Source: Anaerolineae bacterium
GTDB taxonomy: Bacteria; Chloroflexota; Anaerolineae; B4-G1; SLSP01
Reading direction: 5' to 3'
Assembly: GCA_049975525.1 (NCBI GenBank)
Contig: JBNGCW010000001.1
Location: 12,472-76,471 of the forward strand
Length of the DNA: 64,000 nucleotides
Under the pieces are notes generated by a model. The model saw only the letters and a list, made by a program, of their open reading frames with translations, searched no databases and was not told the DNA's origin. This document shows, in pieces, positions 57,649 through 64,000 of the stretch. The position numbers and the translations under genes were made by a program. Position 1 is the stretch's first letter. Every line of letters begins with the position of its first letter.

Positions 57649-58566
57649 CTACCTTTCCGTGGGCAAGAAACGGCGCTGGATGATGGAAACGCCCAGCACG
57701 ATGAGGAAAAAGACAATGCTGATGGCAGCGGCATATCCAACCCGCAAGTTACCCCATCCCTGGTGAACCAGGTGGACGATGGTCGTCATCGAGGCGTTCT
57801 GCGGGCCGCCCTGCGTCATCACCTCCACCTGAGTGAAGAGCTTGAAGGCCAGAATGGTGGTTGAAACCACGACGAAGATCGTGGTGTTGCGCAGTTGGGG
57901 CAGCGTGATGAAGAAGAACTGTTGGATCTTGTTCGCGCCGTCGACCTCGGCAGCTTCGTAGAGATAGTCAGGGATGTCTTGTAACCCCGCCAGAAAGATC
58001 ACCATCTGGAATCCCGCGCCCTGCCAGATGGAGAGCACCATGATGGCCGGGAAGACCAGTTTGGTGTTCTGCAACCAGTTAAAAGGGCCCACGGCGCCAA
58101 AGGTCACCGTCTGGATCACGGCGTTGATCAACCCGTCTGGGTTATAGAGAAAGGTCCAGATGATGGCCACGACGACCATGGTGGTGACCACCGGGCTGAA
58201 GTAGATGGTCCGAAAAACGGTCGTACCCTTGAGCTTCTGGTTGACCAGCAAGGCCAGGAAGAGCGCCAGGCCGGTCTGCAACGGCACGACGACGGCTGCG
58301 AAGTAGAAGTTGTTCAGCAATCCTCGCAGAAACGCTTCATCCTCCAGCAGGCGCAGGTAGTTGCGGAGACCGATGAAGCGGGTCGGTAGATTGGGGTTGG
58401 GGATCAGGCGTTGGTCGGTAAAGGAAAGCCCGATGGCCATGAAAAAGGGCACGGCGAGGAAGATGATCAACAGCAGGAGCGCCGGGGTGGAGAAGAGCCA
58501 GGCGATGATCGCTTCGGTGCGTTTGCGTTTTGAGAGACTCGAACTCTCTGATGTGTTGACAGTCAT
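57649..58566 (-). CDS. carbohydrate ABC transporter permease (MalF-like)
   Basis: Six TM helices; EAAEVDGANKIQQFFFITLP EAA motif. Confidence 0.85.
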   Translation of the reverse strand: MTVNTSESSSLSKRKRTEAIIAWLFSTPALLLLIIFLAVPFFMAIGLSFTDQRLIPNPNLPTRFIGLRNYLRLLEDEAFLRGLLNNFYFAAVVVPLQTGLALFLALLVNQKLKGTTVFRTIYFSPVVTTMVVVAIIWTFLYNPDGLINAVIQTVTFGAVGPFNWLQNTKLVFPAIMVLSIWQGAGFQMVIFLAGLQDIPDYLYEAAEVDGANKIQQFFFITLPQLRNTTIFVVVSTTILAFKLFTQVEVMTQGGPQNASMTTIVHLVHQGWGNLRVGYAAAISIVFFLIVLGVSIIQRRFLPTER

Positions 58567-58642
58567 GTTCGCCTCCCTGATGACTCATTGGGAGCAGGTT
58601 GGCCTGCTCCCAATGAGCGATTTGGTAGGTCGCAGCCCAGGG

Positions 58643-59986
58643 TTAGTTCTCCGGGGCCGGGTATCCCTGATTGTCCTGGATATCCTGATCGATCTTGTCC
58701 ACTGCTTTATCCAACTCCTCCTGCACGTCGGCGCCGGCCACGATGTTGTTCACAGCCTCGGCGAAGGAAGAGGTGATGACGGGATAGGCCGGGGTCGCCG
58801 GGCGGGGAATCGCCACGCCGCCCTGCAGTTGCTGCACGAAGATGTTCAAGGGTCCGCCTTCTGCGTAGAGCTCCGACTGCTTGATGGCGCTCACGCGGGC
58901 GGGCACCGCGCCGTTGGCGTTGGTCATGCGTAGAATCTGTTCAGGCTCGATGAGGTACTCCAGGAACGCCCAGGCGCCGTCGGGGTTCGGGCAGTTGGTG
59001 GTGATGCCCCAGTTCCAGGAGCCCATACCGGTGGCCGGTCGCTCGGGCCAAATGGGCATGGGGATCAGGACCAGGTCGTCGCCCAGCCCCTCACTGTGCG
59101 GCCCCCACATCCAGTGGCCGACGTAGGAGAGGGCGGCGACTTTCTTGCCGTAGAAGTCGTCGTCGCCGCCGGGTTCGGCGATGGCATAGCCGTCTTCGAA
59201 GAGACTCTGGAACCACTCCATTGCCTTGACGGCCTCGGGGCCGTTGAGCACGCCGTCGGCGCTCTGGTAGTCGCTGCGATTGATGAGGTCACCGCCGAAG
59301 CCCTGCACGATGGGCGAGAAGCCGTAGGTGAACCATTCGCCGGCGCCGTAGTTCATCTTCAGGTCCAGCGCGTACTCCACCTCGTCTAGCGCCTGGAGTT
59401 TCTTGAGCGCCTCCTTGAACTCCTCGAAGGTCCAGGCGTCGTCGACACTCTTCGGGATGCGCACCCCGGCCGCTTCCAGGTAGGCTTTGTTGCCCCAGAT
59501 GGCCAGACCGGAGTCGAAGGTGCCCAGGCTGTAGAGGTTGCCCGCATAGGTGCCCTGTTCGATGATAGAGGGCAAGAAGTCGTTGCGCAGTTCATCGGAG
59601 ACATACTCGTCGATGGGCCGCAGATAACCGGACCAGGCGTAGTTGTAGAGGAAGGGGCCGTCGAAGTCCAATAGGCAGGGCAAGTCGCCGGCCAGCGCCG
59701 CCGAGTTCACCTGATCGTTGTAGGAGCCCTCCGGCAGCTTCACCGCGTTGATCTGGTATTTGTCCTGCATGGCGTTGAAGTCCTCTACCTGGGCGTTGAG
59801 CACGTCGCGCTCTTCGCCCTTGCCGGAGTGGAACCAGACCTCGATGGGGATCGGCTCGGCGCTTTCCTCTTCCGTGGGTTTCTCTTCCGGGGGCGCCTTG
59901 GTGGCCCCACCACCACAGGCGGTGAGGAAGAGCGAGGTGACGACCAGAAGACTCCACAACATCCAAATAGCGTTTCGCTTACGCAT
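58643..59986 (-). CDS. ABC transporter extracellular solute-binding lipoprotein (family 1, sugar-binding)
   Basis: Lipobox LFLTAC; 447 aa. Coordinates follow the ORF track; the line numbering disagreed by 1 nt here. Confidence 0.85.
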   Translation of the reverse strand: MRKRNAIWMLWSLLVVTSLFLTACGGGATKAPPEEKPTEEESAEPIPIEVWFHSGKGEERDVLNAQVEDFNAMQDKYQINAVKLPEGSYNDQVNSAALAGDLPCLLDFDGPFLYNYAWSGYLRPIDEYVSDELRNDFLPSIIEQGTYAGNLYSLGTFDSGLAIWGNKAYLEAAGVRIPKSVDDAWTFEEFKEALKKLQALDEVEYALDLKMNYGAGEWFTYGFSPIVQGFGGDLINRSDYQSADGVLNGPEAVKAMEWFQSLFEDGYAIAEPGGDDDFYGKKVAALSYVGHWMWGPHSEGLGDDLVLIPMPIWPERPATGMGSWNWGITTNCPNPDGAWAFLEYLIEPEQILRMTNANGAVPARVSAIKQSELYAEGGPLNIFVQQLQGGVAIPRPATPAYPVITSSFAEAVNNIVAGADVQEELDKAVDKIDQDIQDNQGYPAPEN

Positions 59987-60166
59987 TGCGTTCCTCCTTC
60001 TTGGTAAGATTTGGGTTTAAACAACGTTGGATGCAATTCACAAATATATTTGTCTTTCGAGGGCCTGTTGCACCTCCTTTCTTGTCTTGCGGCTCTGCCG
60101 ATCCTCTGACAGGCTCTCCGTTGGTCTTTTTCAGGCCGACTATCCCAGGGTAGCCGGGTGGTGGGA

Positions 60167-61183
60167 TCACGCCGACGAAGGTGGTGCGGTGGAGTTGCGA
60201 ATGACCAATTCGACGTCAAGGTATTCGTGAACCGGCTTGATGTCGGGTTGCTTCAGCGTGTGGAGCAGGAGTTCTACGCCGCGTCGTCCAGACTCGAAGA
60301 GCATCTGGCGGACGGTGGTCAGTTGCATGATGTCGGCCAGTTCGATGTCGTCGTAACCGATCACCGAAAGGTCCTCTGGCACGGCAAGGCCCAGGTCGCG
60401 CGCGGCCTCCAGCACACCCACGGCCTGGGTGTCGCTGGCGGCGAAGATCGCCGTGGGGCGCTCCGGTTGGGCGAGCATCTCCCGCGCCAACTCTCGGGCC
60501 TGATGCCGTCCGTGTTCGCCCTCGGCGTAATACGCTACTTGGAAGGGAAGGCCGGCAGCCTCCAGGACGTTGCGGTAACCCCGGTAGCGGTCGCGGCTGG
60601 AGCGAAAGTTGAAGGGGTTATCGATGATATCCCCGATGAAGCCGATGCGTCGGTGTCCCAACTCGACCAAGTGTCGGGTGGCCAGCTCGCCCCCGGCGAC
60701 ATCGTCGACGTTGACCTGGTGGAACATCTCCAGGGCAGGGTGCTCGGAGTCGATGAGTACGATGGGGAACTCGACTTCGGTCAACCGTTGAGCTTCTTCG
60801 TCGAAGGGGGGAAGTGAGAGGAGCAGCGCGCCATCCACCAGCTCGCGCGGGGGCAGATTCTCAAAGCAGCGTCGTCGCAGTTCCGGCGTATCGACGTTGT
60901 AGATCAGCAGATCGTAGGGGCTTTGGGAGAGAAGACTGACCACGCCGTTGAGCCGTTCGCTGAAAGCCGGGCGGGTGAAGAAGGGGACAATGACGGCGAC
61001 GGTAAGCGTTTTTCCCAGGGAGAGCCGCCGGGCTACAGGGTTGGGCTTGTAATCAAGCTTCTCAATGATCTCAAGGACATGTTGGCGGGTGGTTTCGCTG
61101 ACCAGTGGGCTGTCGTTCAACACGCGCGAGACCGTTCCCAGGCCGACGCCTGCTTCTCGGGCTACGTCACGGATGGTGGGCAC
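60167..61183 (-). CDS. LacI-family transcriptional regulator
   Basis: N-terminal HTH PTIRDVAREAGVGLGTVSRVLN and a periplasmic-binding-protein-like C-terminal domain. Confidence 0.85.
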   Translation of the reverse strand: MPTIRDVAREAGVGLGTVSRVLNDSPLVSETTRQHVLEIIEKLDYKPNPVARRLSLGKTLTVAVIVPFFTRPAFSERLNGVVSLLSQSPYDLLIYNVDTPELRRRCFENLPPRELVDGALLLSLPPFDEEAQRLTEVEFPIVLIDSEHPALEMFHQVNVDDVAGGELATRHLVELGHRRIGFIGDIIDNPFNFRSSRDRYRGYRNVLEAAGLPFQVAYYAEGEHGRHQARELAREMLAQPERPTAIFAASDTQAVGVLEAARDLGLAVPEDLSVIGYDDIELADIMQLTTVRQMLFESGRRGVELLLHTLKQPDIKPVHEYLDVELVIRNSTAPPSSA

Positions 61184-61208
61184 CTGCTTGCACCCCCTCT
61201 CAAGGCTA

Positions 61209-61222
61209 TGGAACCGGTTCCA
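61209..61222. promoter_or_regulatory. LacI-family operator-like perfect palindrome TGGAACCGGTTCCA
   Basis: Fits the TGnAAnCGnTTnCA consensus; lies 26 nt upstream of the LacI-family gene start. Confidence 0.5.
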
Positions 61223-61453
61223 ACCCTATCATAGCATAAAAAGAGGGTCTTTGTCAAGGGGGAATTGGTTGCACTGAAATAACTCAGACAAAGCGAAGTC
61301 GGGGTACTTCTCCCCTCAAGCTGTGACCGGTGTCCCCACCGCGCCACCGCAGAGGGAGGGGTGAGCGGTTTTCGGCCTTCAGGCAGCGCGGTGTGGGCAG
61401 CGCAGAACGGCACTTCACTGCGTTCCGTACCCGACTGCAAACCGGCGTCGCCT

Positions 61454-61480
61454 TGTCTATTTCCGTGGGTATGTTATAAT
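61454..61480 (+). promoter_or_regulatory. sigma70-like promoter for tRNA-Gly (TTGTCT-16-TATAAT)
   Basis: -35 TTGTCT at 61454-59 and -10 TATAAT at 61475-80, 10 nt upstream of the tRNA 5' end. Confidence 0.6.
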
Positions 61481-61490
61481 AAGGGTCGTC

Positions 61491-61562
61491 GCGGGCGTAG
61501 TTCAGTGGTAGAACGTCAGCTTCCCAAGCTGAATGTCGCGGGTTCGAGTCCCGCCGCCCGCT
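61491..61562 (+). tRNA. tRNA-Gly (anticodon CCC)
   Basis: Cloverleaf: acceptor gcgggcg/cgcccgc, D arm gttc-agtggta-gaac, anticodon stem tcagc/gctga with loop ttCCCaa, T arm gcggg-ttcgagt-cccgc, discriminator T. CCA is not encoded. Confidence 0.9.
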
Positions 61563-61578
61563 CTGAGGTATCAAAAAA

Positions 61579-61605
61579 GGCCGGAGCGCAAAGCTCCGGC
61601 CTTTT
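61579..61605. terminator. bidirectional rho-independent terminator
   Basis: aaaaaa-ggccggagc-gcaaa-gctccggcc-tttt. Terminates the tRNA on the plus strand and the MalK-type ATPase gene on the minus strand. Confidence 0.75.
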
Positions 61606-61627
61606 CCATATCTCTGTATCCCCGTGA

Positions 61628-62728
61628 CTAGCGGATGGCTTCTTCGGTATCTCTGTTGAAGAGGTGCATGCGGCTCATGTCGAAGGCGGCACGCTTGGTC
61701 ATCCCCACGCGGACCTTGGTGCGCGGGTCCAGGCGTCCGAGGAAGTTGGTGTTCTCGGTGGCGAAGTAGGCGATGACCTCGTTCCCCATCAGCTCCGTCA
61801 CGTCCACTTTGGCCTCGACGTACGCGGGCTTGATGCCCGGCGGCGCGTACTCGGGGTCGTGGATGTGCTCCGGGCGCACGCCCATGATCAATTCCTCGCC
61901 CAGATACGGCTTGTAGGTCTCATGGCGGTCCTCGGGGATCTTCACGCGGAAGTCCTTGCAGTCCGCGTACATCTCGCCGTCTTCCTGGATCAACGTGACG
62001 TTGAAGAAGTTCATGGAGGGGCTGCCGATGAAGCCGCCGACGAAGACGTTGGCGGGCTCGTCGTAAAGCTTCTGGGGCGTGTCAACCTGCTGCAGGATTC
62101 CGTCCTTGAGCACGGCGATGCGGGTACCCATGGTCATGGCCTCCACCTGGTCGTGGGTCACGTAGATGAAGGTGGTGCCCAGGCGCTGGTGCAGCTTGGA
62201 GATCTCCGCGCGGGCCTGTACGCGCAGTTTGGCGTCCAGGTTGGAAAGCGGCTCGTCCATCAGGAAGACGTTGGGCTCGCGCACGATAGCGCGACCGACG
62301 GCCACGCGCTGGCGCTGCCCGCCGGAGAGCTGTTTGGGCTTGCGATCCAGCAGCTGCTCGATGCCCAGGATCTGCGCGGCCTCTTTTACCCGGCGGTCGA
62401 TCTCCGTCTTGGGGATTTTGCGCAGCTTCAGGCCGAAGGCCATGTTGTCGTAGACGCTCATGTGAGGGTAGAGGGCGTAGGATTGGAAGACCATGGCGAT
62501 GTCGCGGTCCTTGGGCGGCACGTCGTTGACCAGGCGGTCGCCGATGTAGATTTCGCCCTCGGTGATCTCCTCCAGGCCGGCCAACATGCGCAGGCTGGTG
62601 CTCTTGCCGCAGCCCGACGGGCCGACGAAGACCAGGAATTCCTTGTCCTCGATTTCGATGTTCAGATCTTTGACGGCGACGACGTCGCCAAAGCGTTTTG
62701 TGACGTTTTTATAGGTTACGCTTGCCAT
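61628..62728 (-). CDS. sugar ABC transporter ATP-binding protein (MalK/UgpC/MsmX family)
   Basis: Walker [10 protein letters not shown], signature [10 protein letters not shown], Walker [13 protein letters not shown]-terminal TOBE domain. Start ATG 62728 (MASVTY...) with AAGGAGA RBS. Confidence 0.85.
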   Translation of the reverse strand: MASVTYKNVTKRFGDVVAVKDLNIEIEDKEFLVFVGPSGCGKSTSLRMLAGLEEITEGEIYIGDRLVNDVPPKDRDIAMVFQSYALYPHMSVYDNMAFGLKLRKIPKTEIDRRVKEAAQILGIEQLLDRKPKQLSGGQRQRVAVGRAIVREPNVFLMDEPLSNLDAKLRVQARAEISKLHQRLGTTFIYVTHDQVEAMTMGTRIAVLKDGILQQVDTPQKLYDEPANVFVGGFIGSPSMNFFNVTLIQEDGEMYADCKDFRVKIPEDRHETYKPYLGEELIMGVRPEHIHDPEYAPPGIKPAYVEAKVDVTELMGNEVIAYFATENTNFLGRLDPRTKVRVGMTKRAAFDMSRMHLFNRDTEEAIR

Positions 62729-62778
62729 GTGCGTTCTCCTTTTGCGCTCTGCTGAGTTCACGGATAAGATGCTACTTT

Positions 62779-63507
62779 CTACGTCAGGACGATCTGCACG
62801 CCGGCTTCACTGAGATCCCAGAGAGGGGCGTTGGAGGCCTCTCGGCCGGTGATCAAGACATCTACCTCGCCGGCCGGCGCGATCAAGAGGGCGCCGGCTC
62901 GTCCCACCTGTTGCGGGGACAGCAATACCATGATCTGGCTGCCGAGTTCGAAAAGGGCGCGTGCCATGCCCGCGTAGCGGATGTGATCGTGGGTCAGGCC
63001 GCTTTCCGCGTCCAGTCCTCCCGCCTCCAGCACCACCCAATCGACCAGGAGGTTGGACTGCGTGGTCAGGTTCCCGAAGATGGCGTAGTGTTCTTCGACT
63101 TGTCCGCCGATGAGATGAAGGGGATGCTGGCCGGTCTGGGCGACGCGCCACGCCACGTCCAGGGCGTTGGTGATGATGGTCAACGGTCCCTTATCCTCCA
63201 AGAAGGGGACGATCTCCGCTGTAAAGTCGCCTGGGGCGAGGAAAACAACGCTCTTTTCCGGTATGAGGCGGGCGGCCGCTTCGCCGATGCGCCGTGCCAG
63301 CTCGCTGGGCGGGGAGCGCGAGGCGTGCTCCCGGGGGACCGCCCCCCCGTACACCCGCCGCAGCTGCCCCGCCTCTTCCAGCCGGTTTAGATCCCGGCGG
63401 ATGGTCACCGGATTGACACCCAGCTCCTCCGCCAGGGCGGTGACTCGTACGCTGCCACGCTCTCTCAGGGTTTCTAAAATTAAGGTCCGTCGTTCAGTGC
63501 CTAACAT
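62779..63507 (-). CDS. DeoR-family transcriptional regulator
   Basis: N-terminal [42 protein letters not shown] and a DeoR C-terminal sensor domain. Confidence 0.85.
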   Translation of the reverse strand: MLGTERRTLILETLRERGSVRVTALAEELGVNPVTIRRDLNRLEEAGQLRRVYGGAVPREHASRSPPSELARRIGEAAARLIPEKSVVFLAPGDFTAEIVPFLEDKGPLTIITNALDVAWRVAQTGQHPLHLIGGQVEEHYAIFGNLTTQSNLLVDWVVLEAGGLDAESGLTHDHIRYAGMARALFELGSQIMVLLSPQQVGRAGALLIAPAGEVDVLITGREASNAPLWDLSEAGVQIVLT

Positions 63508-63532
63508 AAGTCTCAGGTTGCACTATAGCACG

Positions 63533-63606
63533 GTCTGCACGCTTTGTCAATGTTTTTCGGTGTAGACGTGCAGAATCGTGCAGAACCGTGCAATATCGTG
63601 CTCTCG
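63533..63606. promoter_or_regulatory. CGTGCAGA repeat array (one inverted plus three to four 10-nt direct repeats) upstream of the DeoR-family gene
   Basis: tctgcacg at ~63533, then cgtgcagaat / cgtgcagaac / cgtgcaatat / cgtgctctcg at 63567-63606. Confidence 0.45.
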
Positions 63607-63626
63607 AAGCGCAGTCGTGGGAGCGC

Positions 63627-64000
63627 TTAGGGCGCAGCGGTGGGGGTGGGCTCTGAAGAGGGGCCAGGCTCCTCCGGCAGCGGTGTGAGGGGCAGGCCAT
63701 AGTAGGCTTCGACGATCTGGCGGAACAGAGGCGCGGCGATCGCAGATCCCTCGCCTGCGTTTTCCACCAGCACCACCAGCGCGATCTCAGGGGCGTCGGC
63801 GGGGAAGTAGCCGGCGAACCAGGCGTGGGGCAGCGCCTCTTCGCCGGGCGCCTGTGCTGTGCCCGTCTTGCCTGCCACGGGAATGGACAGCCCCTGGAAG
63901 CGATGGCTGGCCGTGCCCAACGGTTGGGTGGTCACCCCCAGCATGGCCTCTTGGATCGTCGCCAGATGGTCGGCCGAGAGGGGCAGTTGCCCCACGGCCA
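63627..64000 (-). CDS. penicillin-binding protein transpeptidase domain, C-terminal fragment (gene continues beyond the window)
   Basis: KTGTAQ motif and a Pro-rich C-terminal tail; 5' end truncated by the window edge. Confidence 0.6.
   Translation of the reverse strand, partial: AVGQLPLSADHLATIQEAMLGVTTQPLGTASHRFQGLSIPVAGKTGTAQAPGEEALPHAWFAGYFPADAPEIALVVLVENAGEGSAIAAPLFRQIVEAYYGLPLTPLPEEPGPSSEPTPTAAP

Overview
This is a high-GC (~65%) bacterial chromosomal segment with dense, mostly minus-strand coding. F420 genes (cofE, an LLM-class F420 oxidoreductase, npdG), a DUF11-repeat giant surface protein, an Rpn-family nuclease and type IV pilin point to a Chloroflexi- or Actinobacteria-like organism; this is inference. 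The first 9 kb holds a Ser/Thr kinase, an HK/OmpR two-component pair, a prepilin followed by a Wzy_C/TPR ligase (a pilA-tfpO-like arrangement), a frameshifted CrtI-like oxidoreductase, and a Fur/PerR-like regulator with a peroxiredoxin. From 10.1 to 20.4 kb lies one long minus-strand operon: SorC regulator, EIIA, EIIB, GH42 beta-galactosidase, L-ascorbate-family EIIC, a ketose-3-epimerase-like TIM barrel, a reversed-order DhaL-DhaK kinase fusion, an AraA/FucI-superfamily isomerase and a HAD-IIA phosphatase. This is the best candidate for an undescribed galactoside/rare-ketose catabolic route. The middle of the window carries an orphan 7TM sensor kinase, a pstB remnant, gnd, secreted glycoside-hydrolase-like proteins, DDAH, an Rpn nuclease, a cysteine desulfurase, a PreA-like DHODH, cofE plus the LLM oxidoreductase, a 2013-aa GH13 amylopullulanase-like surface protein and npdG. 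At 44.5-52.7 kb a two-gene operon encodes a tandem class-III cyclase-STAND ATPase-TPR protein whose two cyclase halves look complementary (C1/C2-like), and a 1357-aa secreted PPC / clan-CD (gingipain-like) peptidase carrying a (RGWWAT)6 repeat. At 53-63.5 kb there is a LacI-controlled sugar ABC transporter with an SPS-like GT4, a GalT-like nucleotidyltransferase and a PfkB kinase. tRNA-Gly(CCC) sits between this operon and a DeoR/MalK-type ATPase pair. Two ~127-bp MITE-like elements with terminal inverted repeats (3.74 kb and 33.05 kb) and a third repeat-flanked structured element (55.2 kb) occupy intergenic regions. Coordinates read from the line numbering may be off by 1 nt; CDS ends follow the ORF track.
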